NCBI GenBank assembly: GCA_963826115.1
Contig: CAWGVS010000006.1
Location: forward strand, 128,001 to 192,000
Direction of reading: 5' to 3'
DNA length: 64,000 nt
Source of the DNA: an uncultured Candidatus Rokubacteria bacterium
GTDB lineage: Bacteria > Methylomirabilota > Methylomirabilia > Rokubacteriales > DASRDR01
Below are positions 10,772-21,641 of the stretch, in pieces. The notes under the pieces are model-generated. The model saw nothing but the letters and a program-made list of their open reading frames with translations, was not told the origin of the DNA and did not search any database. Position 1 is the stretch's first letter; each line of letters starts with the position of its first letter. The position numbers and the translations under genes were made by a program.

Positions 10772-10810
10772 CCCGGGTGGAGCGCCCGGGTGGAGCGCCC
10801 GGGTGGAGCG
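10772..10810. repeat. Perfect tandem repeat, 3 x 13 bp (CCCGGGTGGAGCG)
   Basis: Read directly: units at 10772, 10785 and 10798. Confidence 0.9.
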
Positions 10811-10874
10811 TGGGCCAGGAGCGGGCGCGCGGGATGTTGGCTCCGGGACGTCGAGAGGTTCGCGCGGGAGAAGT

Positions 10875-10950
10875 TGGTGGCGGTGGGAGGACTCGAACCT
10901 CCGGCACGGGGCTTATGAGACCCCTGCTCTACCACCTGAGCTACACCGCC
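10875..10950 (-). tRNA. tRNA with CAT anticodon, most likely elongator tRNA-Met
   Basis: GGCGGTGTAGCTCAGGTGGTAGAGCAGGGGTCTCATAAGCCCCGTGCCGGAGGTTCGAGTCCTCCCACCGCCACCA; 76 nt cloverleaf, paired G1:C72, encoded CCA. Confidence 0.95.
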
Positions 10951-10963
10951 AAAAGCACCCGAC

Positions 10964-10992
10964 ATGGTAGGGCCTGCCTCCGCGAGCGTCAA
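10964..10992 (-). promoter_or_regulatory. Sigma70 promoter of the tRNA
   Basis: TTGACG-17 nt-TACCAT, 13 nt upstream of the tRNA 5' end. Confidence 0.65.
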
Positions 10993-11062
10993 GCAACGCG
11001 CCCCTCGGCGCCCGCCGACGGACGACGCAGTCGGCATCGCGACCTTGCGCGTCGGACCCCTC

Positions 11063-11071
11063 TGCTATAAT
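11063..11071 (+). promoter_or_regulatory. Extended -10 promoter (TGcTATAAT) of the acidic small protein
   Basis: Perfect TGnTATAAT in a GC-rich background, followed by a GGAGG RBS at 11111. Confidence 0.6.
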
Positions 11072-11119
11072 CGCCCCGAATCGCCCCGGAGTACGAGCAC
11101 CGTCCGTCAGGGAGGTCGT

Positions 11120-11341
11120 ATGGACCTGCGTTCGAGGATTGAGGACGAAGACAATCCCGGCTACGGCAACGACGAGGAAGAGAAAGAGAAAGAGGTCGAG
11201 GACGACGAGACTGACGACGTCGACGAGATCGACGACGCCGACTTCGAGAACGACGACGTCGACGACGCGGATGACGACGACGACGTCGACGAGGCCGACC
11301 TGGAAGAGGACGATCTCGACGAGGACGAGGACGAGGACTGA
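11120..11341 (+). CDS. Very acidic 73-aa hypothetical protein
   Basis: GGAGG RBS, ATG, GAC/GAG codon bias; 46 of 73 residues are D/E. Confidence 0.75.
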   Translation: MDLRSRIEDEDNPGYGNDEEEKEKEVEDDETDDVDEIDDADFENDDVDDADDDDDVDEADLEEDDLDEDEDED

Positions 11342-11446
11342 ACCCGAGCGCGGCGATGAGCCGCGAAGCGGGCAATCGGGCGGGTGCGAGGCCAGGGTCC
11401 GCGCGCGCGGGCCGGCCGGCCCGCCCGGCTGCCGACGGATGACCCG

Positions 11447-12232
11447 GTGAGCGACGAGATCCTGGTCGAGCGGCAAGGCCACATCGCGACGGTCGTGTTC
11501 AACCGCCCGCACGTGCGGAACGCGTTCAACCTCGCGATGTGGAGCGCGCTGCCCGGTGTCGTGGACGGGCTGGCCCGCGACCCGGGCGTCCGCGCGATCG
11601 TGTTCCGCGGCGCGGGTGAAGAGGCCTTCGCCTCGGGCGCCGACATCTCCGAGTTCCGCGAGAACCGGAAGGACCGCGCGTCGGCCGAGGCGTACAACGC
11701 GCGGACGGCGGCCGCCGCCCACGCGATGGAGACCTGCCCCAAGCCCACGGTCGCCATGATCCACGGCTACTGCATGGGCGGCGCGGTCGCCGTCGCGCTG
11801 GCGTGCGACCTCCGCTTCTCGTCGGACGCCGGGAAGTTCGGGATCCCCGCGGGACGCCTCGGCATCATCTACGGCCTTCACGCGGTCAAGCGCCTGGTGA
11901 GCCTGGTCGGCCCGGCGGTGGCCAAGGACATCCTCTTCTCCGCGCGGGTGCTGGACGCCCAGGAGGCGCTCCGCGCCGGGTTCGTCCAGCGCGTGGTGCC
12001 GGCCGCCGACCTCGCCGCGCACACGTACGACTATCTCGCCCGGGTGTCCGAGAACGCGCCCCTCACCATCCAGGGAGCGAAGCTGATCGTCGAGGCCATC
12101 GTGGAGGACGGGGGCGTCGCGAAGCAGGACGACATCGCGCAGCTCCAGCTCCGGGCCTTCGAGAGCGAGGACTACAAGGAAGGCACGGCGGCGTTTCTCG
12201 AGAAGCGCCGACCCCGCTTCGTCGGCCGGTAG
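11447..12232 (+). CDS. Enoyl-CoA hydratase/isomerase family protein
   Basis: FNRPHVRNAF, AFASGADISEF, KPTVAMIHGYCMGG, ACDLR, EGTAAFLEKRRPRF. Confidence 0.92.
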   Translation: MSDEILVERQGHIATVVFNRPHVRNAFNLAMWSALPGVVDGLARDPGVRAIVFRGAGEEAFASGADISEFRENRKDRASAEAYNARTAAAAHAMETCPKPTVAMIHGYCMGGAVAVALACDLRFSSDAGKFGIPAGRLGIIYGLHAVKRLVSLVGPAVAKDILFSARVLDAQEALRAGFVQRVVPAADLAAHTYDYLARVSENAPLTIQGAKLIVEAIVEDGGVAKQDDIAQLQLRAFESEDYKEGTAAFLEKRRPRFVGR

Positions 12233-12240
12233 TCCCGCGC

Positions 12241-13380
12241 GTGGTCGCGGGGCTCGCCCTCCCCGCCGCCCTCTTCCTCGGCCCCGCGGTGTGGCGGATC
12301 GTACGCGTCGCGACGACTCTCCACGGGCGCGCGCGCCTGCCGCGCGCGAGTGACGCCGCGCCGTCCCGCGGGGGCGCGCTCGTCAGCGTGCTCGTGCCCG
12401 CGCGTGACGAGGAGCGCGGCGTCGGCGCCTGCCTCGCCTCGCTCTCGGCGCAGACCTACCCCGACCTCGAGATCATCGCCGTCGACGACGGCTCGACCGA
12501 CCGGACGCCGGCGCTCCTGGCCGAGGCCGCGCGGCGGGACCTCCGGGTGCGGGTCGTGCGCGTGGCGGGCCCACCGCCCGGCTGGATCGGGAAGAGCTTC
12601 GCGCTCGACGCCGGCGTCGTGGGCGCACGCGGGCGCTGGCTCTGCTTCACCGACGCCGACACCGTCCACGCGCCGGAGTCCATCGCCCGGGCGGTGGGAT
12701 TCGCCGAGGCCCGCGGGCTCGCGCTCCTCTCGCTGACGAGCCGGCAGCTCACGCGCTCGTTCTGGGAGCGGGTGATCCAGCCCGTCGTGTTCGGGCTCCT
12801 CGACCAGTGGTTCCCGCTCGAGCGCGTGAACGATCCGGCGTCGCCGCTGGCGGCCGCCAACGGGATCTTCATCCTCGTCGACCGCGAGACCTACCACGCC
12901 GCGGGCGGCCATCGCGCGGTGGCCGGCGAGGTGCTCGAGGACGTCGCGCTGGCGCGCCGCGTGAAGGCGGGCGGGGGCCGGATTGCGTTCGTCGACGGCG
13001 CCGACCTCGTCGCGGCGTGGATGTACCCCGACCTCGCGGCGATCCGGCGCGGGTGGACGAAGAACCTCTACCGGCTGCGGGGTCGGCGACCCCTCGCCGC
13101 GCTCGCCTCGCTCGTCGAGCTCGGAGTGACCCTCGTGTGGCCGGCGGTCGGGTGCCTCGCCGCCCTGGCCGGCCCGCCCGGGTCCGGCTGGCTCGCCGCC
13201 GCCGGCCTCGGGCTCGTCCTGGGGGCGGAGGTTCCGTTCCGGGCGCGCCGCGGGGAGGACCCGCGCTGGAGCCCGACCGCGCCCCTCGGGGCCGCCCTGG
13301 TGGCGGTTTTCCTTTTGGAATCGGCGGTTCGCGACTGGCTCGGCCTCGGGGTCCGCTGGAAGGACCGCCGGTATACTTGA
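12241..13380 (+). CDS. Glycosyltransferase family 2 (HpnB/CrtQ-like)
   Basis: VLVPARDEE, VDDGSTD, GWIGK, FTDAD, VLEDVALAR; C-terminal TM helices. Confidence 0.88.
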   Translation: MVAGLALPAALFLGPAVWRIVRVATTLHGRARLPRASDAAPSRGGALVSVLVPARDEERGVGACLASLSAQTYPDLEIIAVDDGSTDRTPALLAEAARRDLRVRVVRVAGPPPGWIGKSFALDAGVVGARGRWLCFTDADTVHAPESIARAVGFAEARGLALLSLTSRQLTRSFWERVIQPVVFGLLDQWFPLERVNDPASPLAAANGIFILVDRETYHAAGGHRAVAGEVLEDVALARRVKAGGGRIAFVDGADLVAAWMYPDLAAIRRGWTKNLYRLRGRRPLAALASLVELGVTLVWPAVGCLAALAGPPGSGWLAAAGLGLVLGAEVPFRARRGEDPRWSPTAPLGAALVAVFLLESAVRDWLGLGVRWKDRRYT

Positions 13381-13420
13381 GCCTGCGACCCTGCCGGGCC
13401 GCGACCCCTCTAAAGATGAG

Positions 13421-13858
13421 ATGTCCAGGCCGGTGACGATCCCCGGGGCCCATTCGGTCGCGGTCACGCGACGGTTCACCTTCTCGGCCGCGCACCGCTA
13501 CGCGCGGCCCGAGTGGACCGACGCCGAGAACCGCGCGCACTTCGGCCCGCTCGCGACCATCCACGGGCACACGTACACGCTCGAGGTCACGGTGCGCGGA
13601 CCCGTGGATCCCCGGACCGGGATGGTCGTGGACCTCGACGAGCTCAAGCAGGTCGTCGCCGAGACCGTCCTCGCGCGGTTCGACCACGCCTTCATCAACG
13701 ACGATCCCGCGTTTCCGCCCGGGGTCCAGCCGACGCTCGAGAACCTCGTCCGCGTCGCCTGGGATCTCTTGGCCGCGAAGCTCGGCCCCGATCGCCTCGC
13801 GAGTCTCCGGCTGTGGGAGGATCCCACGCTCTACGTGGACTACCGGGGCGAGGCCTGA
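13421..13858 (+). CDS. 6-pyruvoyl/6-carboxy-tetrahydropterin synthase family protein (copy 1, no catalytic Cys)
   Basis: FSAAHR, HGHTY, GMVVDL, FDHAFIN, PTLENL; no Cys before HGH. Confidence 0.88.
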   Translation: MSRPVTIPGAHSVAVTRRFTFSAAHRYARPEWTDAENRAHFGPLATIHGHTYTLEVTVRGPVDPRTGMVVDLDELKQVVAETVLARFDHAFINDDPAFPPGVQPTLENLVRVAWDLLAAKLGPDRLASLRLWEDPTLYVDYRGEA

Positions 13859-13868
13859 GCCCCCGGCC

Positions 13869-14282
13869 ATGGCCACGATGGAGCTGACCAAGGTCCTGCG
13901 CTTCGCGGCCGCGCATCGTCTGACGAATCCCGCGCTTTCGCCGGCGGACAACGCCCAGCTCTACGGCGCGTGTGCGCGCGATCACGGACACAACTACGGG
14001 CTGGAAGCGACCGTGCGCGGGCCCGTGAACGCGGATGGGATGGTGATCGATCTGGCCGTTCTCGAACGGGCCATGCGGACGGTGATCGATCTCGTGGACC
14101 ACCGGGACCTGACGCGCGACGTGTCCCCGCTCGCCGGGGTGATCACGACGGGCGAGAACCTCGCCGCGACGTTCTACCGGATGATCGACCGGGCGCTGCC
14201 GCCGGGGCGTTTGGTCCGGGTCGCGGTCGTCGAGACCGAGAACAACCGCTTCGAGTGCGAGGGGACAGGGGAGGCGTCATGA
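13869..14282 (+). CDS. 6-pyruvoyl/6-carboxy-tetrahydropterin synthase family protein (copy 2)
   Basis: [34 protein letters not shown]. Confidence 0.88.
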   Translation: MATMELTKVLRFAAAHRLTNPALSPADNAQLYGACARDHGHNYGLEATVRGPVNADGMVIDLAVLERAMRTVIDLVDHRDLTRDVSPLAGVITTGENLAATFYRMIDRALPPGRLVRVAVVETENNRFECEGTGEAS

Positions 14283-14839
14283 AGGAGCTGATCGAGGGCA
14301 TCCTGCGGGATCTTGGCGAGGACCCGAAGCGCGCGGGGCTCGAGAAGACCCCGGCCCGGGTCGAGGCGATGCTCCGCTTCCTCACCTCGGGCTACCAGCA
14401 GGACGTCGACGAGGTCCTGAACGGGGCGGTCTTCGCCGAGGACCACTACGACCAGATGGTGGTGGTGAAGGACATCGACTTCTACTCGCTCTGCGAGCAC
14501 CACCTGCTCCCGTTCTTCGGCAAGGCGCACGTCGCGTACGTGCCCGACCGAAAGATCCTCGGGCTGTCGAAGCTCGCGCGCCTGGTCGAGATGTTCAGCC
14601 GCCGGCTGCAGGTCCAGGAGCGCTTGACGACCCAGGTCGCGCAGGCGCTCCACGACGTGCTCCTGCCGAAGGGCGTCGGCGTGGTGATCGAGGCCTCGCA
14701 CCTCTGCATGATGATGCGCGGGGTGCAGAAGCAGAACTCGAAGGCGGTGACCTCGGCGGTGCTCGGCACGTTCCGGGACTGCCCGATGACTCGCAGCGAG
14801 TTCGTCGAGCTCCTGAAAGGACGGAGCGCCACACCGTGA
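14279..14839 (+). CDS. folE: GTP cyclohydrolase I
   Basis: [54 protein letters not shown]. Confidence 0.97.
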   Translation: MKELIEGILRDLGEDPKRAGLEKTPARVEAMLRFLTSGYQQDVDEVLNGAVFAEDHYDQMVVVKDIDFYSLCEHHLLPFFGKAHVAYVPDRKILGLSKLARLVEMFSRRLQVQERLTTQVAQALHDVLLPKGVGVVIEASHLCMMMRGVQKQNSKAVTSAVLGTFRDCPMTRSEFVELLKGRSATP

Positions 14840-15552
14840 GGCTCGCCGGCCAGGTCGCGCTGGTCGGCGGCGCGAGCCGCGGCATCGGGCGAGCCGTCGC
14901 GCTCGCCTTCGCGCGCGAGGGCGCCCGGGTGGTGCTCCTCGCCCGCGGCCGCGCCGATCTCGACCGCCTGGCCGCCGTGATCGAGGCCGGCGGCGGCGCG
15001 GCGCTGGTCGTGTCGGGCGACGCGGCGGACGAGCAGACCGCCGCGCGGGCCGTCGAGGCGGCCCTCGGGCGATTCGGACGGCTCGACTGCCTCGTGACCG
15101 CGCAGGGGACCGGTGCCTTCGGCCCGCTCGAGACGTCGAGCGTCGCCGACTGGGACGCGATGCTGCGGGGGAACCTGACCGCGACCTACCTCCTGTGCCG
15201 GTCCGCCCTCCCGCCGATGCTGACGGCCGGGCGGGGGACCATCATCGCCGTCGCCTCGCTGGCCGCGGTGCGCGCCATCCCGGGGTGTGCGGCTTACACC
15301 GCGTCCAAGGCGGGAGTCCTGGGGCTCGTGCGGGCGCTGGCGGCCGAGGTGCGGGGCCGGGGCGTGCGGGTGGCGGCGCTCAGCCCCGGAGCGGTGGACA
15401 CCCCGTTCTGGGACGGGATCCCCCACCCGCCGGATCGGACCCGAATGCTCCGGCCCGAGGCGGTCGCGGAGGCGGCCCTGCTGGTCGCCGCCCAGCCGCC
15501 GGAGGCCTTCGTCGAGGAGATCGTCCTCGCGCCGACGCCGGGCGTGCTATAG
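14836..15552 (+). CDS. SDR family oxidoreductase (possible pterin reductase)
   Basis: GASRGIG, YTASK; start overlaps the folE stop. Confidence 0.88.
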   Translation: MRLAGQVALVGGASRGIGRAVALAFAREGARVVLLARGRADLDRLAAVIEAGGGAALVVSGDAADEQTAARAVEAALGRFGRLDCLVTAQGTGAFGPLETSSVADWDAMLRGNLTATYLLCRSALPPMLTAGRGTIIAVASLAAVRAIPGCAAYTASKAGVLGLVRALAAEVRGRGVRVAALSPGAVDTPFWDGIPHPPDRTRMLRPEAVAEAALLVAAQPPEAFVEEIVLAPTPGVL

Positions 15553-15586
15553 CCCCCGGGGGCGACCGGTCCGGATCACGACCTTT

Positions 15587-15595
15587 TGCTATAAT
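15587..15595 (+). promoter_or_regulatory. Extended -10 promoter upstream of iscA-moaD-moaE-tilS
   Basis: TGcTATAAT; GAGGAGG RBS before ATG 15658. Confidence 0.6.
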
Positions 15596-15657
15596 GCAGT
15601 CGATCCCGGCGATTCCCGCGTGGCGCGGGCTCGCGGGACTGACAGAGGAGGCCACGA

Positions 15658-15981
15658 ATGGTCACGTTGACAGAAACTGCCGCCAAGAAGGTGGAAACGC
15701 TCCGACTCGAGGAAGGCAAGCCCGAGTGGGGGTTGAGGCTGCGCGTGGTGGGGGGCGGCTGCTCGGGCTTCTCGTACGAGCTCGGGTGGGAGGATGTCGC
15801 GCAGGAAGGCGACCAGGTCGTCGAGGCCAGCGGCGTCAAGGTCTACGTCGACCCCAACAGCGTGCAGTACGTCGGTGGGGCCCAGATCGACTACGTCGAC
15901 AGCCTGTACGGCTCCGGCTTCTCGATCAACAACCCCAACTCGAAGGGCTCCTGCGGCTGCGGCCACTCGTTCCAGGCCTGA
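15658..15981 (+). CDS. HesB/IscA/ErpA A-type Fe-S carrier
   Basis: GGGCSGFSY, NPNSKGSCGCGHSF. Confidence 0.95.
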   Translation: MVTLTETAAKKVETLRLEEGKPEWGLRLRVVGGGCSGFSYELGWEDVAQEGDQVVEASGVKVYVDPNSVQYVGGAQIDYVDSLYGSGFSINNPNSKGSCGCGHSFQA

Positions 15982-16023
15982 TCACCCGCGGCCCGGGGCT
16001 GATCGGGATTGACCGGGGGCGGC

Positions 16024-16275
16024 GTGCGGATCCCGGTCGCGCTCTTCGCGCGCTATCGTGAGGCGGTCGGCCGCGGCCGGGTCGAGGTCGAGGTAGGCGA
16101 GGGCGCGACCGTCGAGGACGTTTGGACGGCCTTGGCCGCCGCGCACCCCGTCCTGACCCGCTACCGGCCCCACACCCTGTTTGCGGTCGGGACCGACTAC
16201 GTCGAGGCCAGCCGCCCTGTGCACGCCGGCGAAGAGGTCGCCTGCTTTCCTCCCGTGAGCGGCGGGAGCGCCTGA
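16024..16275 (+). CDS. moaD: MoaD/ThiS family sulfur carrier
   Basis: LFARYRE...EEVACFPPVSGG(SA); coupled to moaE. Start could instead be TTG 16009. Confidence 0.88.
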   Translation: MRIPVALFARYREAVGRGRVEVEVGEGATVEDVWTALAAAHPVLTRYRPHTLFAVGTDYVEASRPVHAGEEVACFPPVSGGSA

Positions 16276-16727
16276 TGTACCGCGTCGTCGAGGAGCCGCT
16301 CTCCGCGGACGCGGTCGCGCGCGCCGTCACTGTCCCCGAGGCGGGCGGCGTCGCCGTGTTCCTGGGGGTCGTGCGGGACAACACGGCGGGCCGCCGTGTC
16401 GTCGCGCTCGAGTACGAGGCGCACCTGCCCATGGCCGAAGCGAAGCTGAAGGAGATCGGCGAATCTGTCTACGCGCGCTGGCCCGGGGTTCGGCAGGTGG
16501 TCATCCTCCACCGGATCGGCCGGCTCGGTGTCGGCGAGGCGAGCGTCGCGATCGGCGTGTCGGCCGCCCATCGCCAGGAGGCCTTCGAGGCCTGCCAGTA
16601 CGCGATCGACACCGTGAAGCGCCTCGTGCCGATCTGGAAGCGCGAGCTGTTCGAGGATGGATCCGCCTGGGTGGGGCTCCAGGGCGAGTCGCCGCCGCCC
16701 GGCTGGAACGCCGGCGATGGCCGATGA
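16275..16727 (+). CDS. moaE: Molybdopterin synthase catalytic subunit
   Basis: FLGVVRD, LEYEAH, HRIGRL, HRQEAF, VPIWKRE. Confidence 0.95.
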   Translation: MYRVVEEPLSADAVARAVTVPEAGGVAVFLGVVRDNTAGRRVVALEYEAHLPMAEAKLKEIGESVYARWPGVRQVVILHRIGRLGVGEASVAIGVSAAHRQEAFEACQYAIDTVKRLVPIWKRELFEDGSAWVGLQGESPPPGWNAGDGR

Positions 16728-18168
16728 TAGGCCCGCCACGCTCGCCGTGCCGTCGCGCCTCGCCGCCGCAGTCCGGGCCGCGGTGGGCCGGCGCGAGCTC
16801 CTCGATCCGGGAGACCACGTCCTCGTAGGCGTCTCGGGCGGCCCCGACTCGGTCGCCCTCCTGCACGCATTGGTCCTCCTGCGGTCCGAGTACGCGCTCC
16901 GGGTCGAGGTGTGCCACGTGCACCACGGCCTCCGTCCGGAGGCTGACCGAGACGCCGCCTTCGTCGAGTCCCTGGGCCGGCGCCTCGGCTGTCCCGTCCA
17001 CGTCGTCCGGGTCGAGGTGCCGCGCCGCGCCGGGCGGGCGTCCGAGGCGGCGGCCCGCGCCATCCGGCACGTGGCGCTGGGCCGGGTCGCGCGGCGCACC
17101 GGCGCTCGCCGCATCGCGCTCGGCCACACGGCCGACGATCAGGCGGAGACCGTGCTCATGCGGATCCTCGAGGGCGCGGGGCCTCGCGGGCTGGCGGGGA
17201 TCCCGGCGCAGCGCGGGCGCATCGTCCGGCCGCTCCTCGACGTCGATCGGGCGGCGGTCGACGCCCACCTCGCGGCGCACGACCTCGCGTCCGTGGACGA
17301 CGCGACGAACCGCGACCCGGCGTTCTTCCGGAACCGGATTCGCCACGGGCTCTTGCCACTCCTGGCCGCCGAGGCCGGCCCCCACGTCCGGGACGCGCTC
17401 CGCCGCGTCGCCCGCGCGTCGCGCGAGACCGTGACAGCGCTGGACGCGCTCGTCCGGCCCCGACTCACCGGCCGCCTGACGCCGACGCCCGTGGGCTGGC
17501 GCCTCGCCCTCGCGGCCCTCGCGGGGTTGCCGGCGGGTGCCGTAAAGGCGCTGCTCCGGCTCACGCTTGTCGAGATCGCGGCGGCGGATTGCCTCGCCAG
17601 CGGGCTCCGGCGACCCCACCTCGACGCGCTGGCCGCGCTGCCCTCCGCGCGGACCGGAGCGCGCGTGCGCCTGCCGCACGGCGTCGTCGTCGAGCGCGGC
17701 CGCGATGCCCTCTGGGTGGTCCGCCCGGCGCGGCTCGTCGGGCCCGAGCCGCTCGCGGTTCCGGGACGCGTCCGGGCGGGGGACCTGATGGACCTGTCCG
17801 CCACGATCGAGCCCGTGCGCGGAAATCGGCCGGACGATCCTGCCTGGGAGGCCTGGTTCGACGCCGCGGGGCCCGGCATGGATCCGGCCGCGGGCGCGCT
17901 GCTCGTCCGGCCCTGGCGACCGGGCGAGGGCATGGTCCCCTTCGGCGGGGCGGGCCCGGTGCGGCTCACCACGCTCCTCGCCGCCGCCGGCGTGCCCCGG
18001 CTCGCGCGCGCGCGATGGCCGATCGTGGCCGACCGGGAAGGCGGGGTCCTGTGGCTGCCGGGCGTGCGGCGAGGCGCCCGCGCGCCGCTGACCGCCGAGA
18101 CGCGCGCGGTGCTATGCCTGCGCGCGGTGCCCGGTCCCCCTGGCGCGCCGGCCGGCGACGCCGTATGA
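16717..18168 (+). CDS. tilS: tRNA(Ile)-lysidine synthetase
   Basis: SGGPDS PP-loop, HVHHGLR, GHTADDQAET, RPLL, RNRIRH, C-terminal TilS-C domain. Confidence 0.95.
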   Translation: MADDRPATLAVPSRLAAAVRAAVGRRELLDPGDHVLVGVSGGPDSVALLHALVLLRSEYALRVEVCHVHHGLRPEADRDAAFVESLGRRLGCPVHVVRVEVPRRAGRASEAAARAIRHVALGRVARRTGARRIALGHTADDQAETVLMRILEGAGPRGLAGIPAQRGRIVRPLLDVDRAAVDAHLAAHDLASVDDATNRDPAFFRNRIRHGLLPLLAAEAGPHVRDALRRVARASRETVTALDALVRPRLTGRLTPTPVGWRLALAALAGLPAGAVKALLRLTLVEIAAADCLASGLRRPHLDALAALPSARTGARVRLPHGVVVERGRDALWVVRPARLVGPEPLAVPGRVRAGDLMDLSATIEPVRGNRPDDPAWEAWFDAAGPGMDPAAGALLVRPWRPGEGMVPFGGAGPVRLTTLLAAAGVPRLARARWPIVADREGGVLWLPGVRRGARAPLTAETRAVLCLRAVPGPPGAPAGDAV

Positions 18169-18289
18169 TGCGGTCCCGCTCCCTCCTGGAGCGTCTGGCC
18201 CTCGAATCCGCCCTTTCGGCGCAGGAGGGGTCCCGCGTGCCCGCTCCGGTCGTGCCTCCGGTCCGCTAGCGCGCGAGCCGTCCGACCCC

Positions 18290-19671
<1,382 letters not shown>

Positions 19672-19693
<22 letters not shown>

Positions 19694-20793
19694 CAGACCG
19701 TCCAGAGGCGCGCGAGGTCCGACAGCCGGCGCCAGCCCGGCGCCTGGCCTTCCACGTGGCCGATGAGTCCCACGATGACGGGCCGGCCCCGGGGGCCCGC
19801 CGCCGCCGCCAACCGCAGGCTTTCCGTGAAGGGGATTGCCGGGTCGTCGCGCCCGTGCACCAGGAGCAGGCGAACGTGGGTGCCCGTGAGATGCCCGGCC
19901 GGTGACAGCGCGGCGAGGAGCGCCCGCGTCTCGGGTGGCAGCGCCTCGAGGAGGACATCGACGCGCTCCGGCTCCCGGTTCTGGAGGAGCGCCAGCACCG
20001 CCCGGACCCCCGGCCCGGCCGCGCCGCCCACGGGTCGGCCCTCGATCGCGTCGAGGAGCGCGGCGCGCTCGCGCGGGTCGGACAGGAGGTCGAGATTCCG
20101 GGCGAGGAACGGCCCCGCGAGCGCGGGATCGACGGCCGCCCGGCCCGCCGTTCCGCCGAACGCGTATGCGCCGGTCGTGAAGTATCGGACCAGCTCCCTC
20201 GCGTCACCGTAGCCGCCGAGAGCCAGGACCAGGGCGACCCGTTTCGCTGGCGCCGGATCCTCGAGGGCCAGGGCGGCCGGGCCGAGCCCCACGCTGACCG
20301 CGATCATCGACAGCGGCCCCCGCCGGACGGCCGGATGCGCGGCGGTGCGCTCGATCGTCTCCCTGATGATCCGGGCGTCGTCCGGCCGGAGCCGCTGCGC
20401 GCGCAGGGCCGGCAGGTCCGGAACCGCCACCGCGAATCCGGCGCGGGCCAGCCGACCCGCCGTCCAGACGACGCGGGGGTCGCGCTTGCCCTCGGGCGTG
20501 AGCCCGTGGACGAGGAGGAGCCCCGGCCAGGGCCCGAGCCTTCGGTCGGCTGGCTGCCAGAGATCCGGCGCGGCGACGTCCGGGGCCGTCCAGCCCTCGA
20601 GCGGGCCGACGACGGGGGGCGAGGTCCGGCGCGTCAGCCAGGGCCACTCACCCTCGGTCAGGAACTCCACGAGAAATTCGAGCCCGGTCACGCCCGCCGA
20701 GATGCGGATCGTCACGGGGGCCGCAAGGAGGATCCCGAGCGTCGCCAGAGTCCAGGTGGCGGCCAGCCGGCGGATCGGCGGCGGGAGCGTCAT
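19672..20793 (-). CDS. Putative alpha/beta-hydrolase fold protein with N-terminal TM
   Basis: LVHGL, AVSVG nucleophile-like elbow, LVHGRDDPAIP, C-terminal His (IGHV). Confidence 0.65.
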
Positions 20794-20878
20794 CGCGCCA
20801 CTCGGTGGACGCGACGCGGGCCCGCGCCCGGCGTCAGAACGGGGGGCCGGTGTTGGGAGGGGTCGGCGTCCGGCGCGG

Positions 20879-21511
20879 TTACCGCACCGGGTTGATGCAC
20901 TTGACGAGGCACCACCCGCGCAGCAGGTTCACGCGCCGCACCACCTCGGGTGTGAGCCCGACGGTCTTCAGCAGGGGGTCGAGGACCAGGTTGGTCTTCC
21001 AGCCGAGATGGGCGCACACGGGCGCGAGGGCGTCCTCGATCCGGCGCATCACGGGGTTCCGGCTCCGGAAGTGGTTCAGGATGACGATCGTCCCGCCCGG
21101 CTTCGTGACCCGCTGCATCTCCCGGAGCACCGTCACGGGGTCCGGGACCGCGCTGATCGTGTAGGTCGCCAGCGTGGCGTCGAACTCCCCATCCCCGAAG
21201 TCCAGCGACGAGGCGTCCATCACCTTGAGGGTGACGCCGCTCATCCGGAGCTCCTGCACTCGCTCCTGCGCCTTCTTGAGCATACCCTCGGACAGATCGA
21301 TCCCGACGAGGTTCACGTCCCGCGGGTAGAGCGGCAGATTCAGGCCCGTGCCGATGCCGACCTCGAGGACCCGGCCCTTGAGCTCGGGCCCGACCATCCG
21401 CATCGCGGAGATGCGGCCAGGCTCGAAGATCTTCTTGAAGAGGAAGTCGTAGACCGGCGAGTAAAAGTCGTACGCTCGCCGGACTTGTCCTTCCTCAAGC
21501 GAAACGTCCAC
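20879..21511 (-). CDS. Class I SAM methyltransferase (PmtA-like phospholipid N-methyltransferase)
   Basis: AYDFYSPVYD, VLEVGIGTGLNL, GIDLSEGML, KPGGTIVILNHF. Confidence 0.85.
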   Translation of the reverse strand: MDVSLEEGQVRRAYDFYSPVYDFLFKKIFEPGRISAMRMVGPELKGRVLEVGIGTGLNLPLYPRDVNLVGIDLSEGMLKKAQERVQELRMSGVTLKVMDASSLDFGDGEFDATLATYTISAVPDPVTVLREMQRVTKPGGTIVILNHFRSRNPVMRRIEDALAPVCAHLGWKTNLVLDPLLKTVGLTPEVVRRVNLLRGWCLVKCINPVR

Positions 21512-21641
21512 TCGGTCCCCCTTCGCGTCCCGATTCGGACGCAAGACACGTCGGTTCTATCACGCTCATCTCCGCCTTGCCAAGGGCGAATTTTCCTCGT
21601 AGATGCAAGCATATCCAGGGGGCTGTCGCGCTGCCGCCCGG

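Noticed and set aside
10772-10875. Integrated element at the tRNA 3' end
   Set aside because: No integrase, and no duplicated tRNA 3' end (att site) seen in the window.
10989-11450. Arg-rich or Thr-rich ORFs overlapping the acidic protein
   Set aside because: Alternative frames of the GAC/GAG-rich sequence; the RBS and promoter support the acidic frame.
10875-18168. tRNA(CAT) as the tRNA-Ile2 substrate of the nearby tilS
   Set aside because: The acceptor stem GGCGGTG resembles elongator Met and lacks the C4/C5 TilS determinants known from E. coli tRNA-Ile2. Proximity is probably coincidental, though this is not proven.
18165-18269. 34-aa ORF overlapping the tilS stop (MMRSRSLLERLALE...)
   Set aside because: Too short and no recognisable motif; cannot be supported, although the start/stop overlap leaves it possible.
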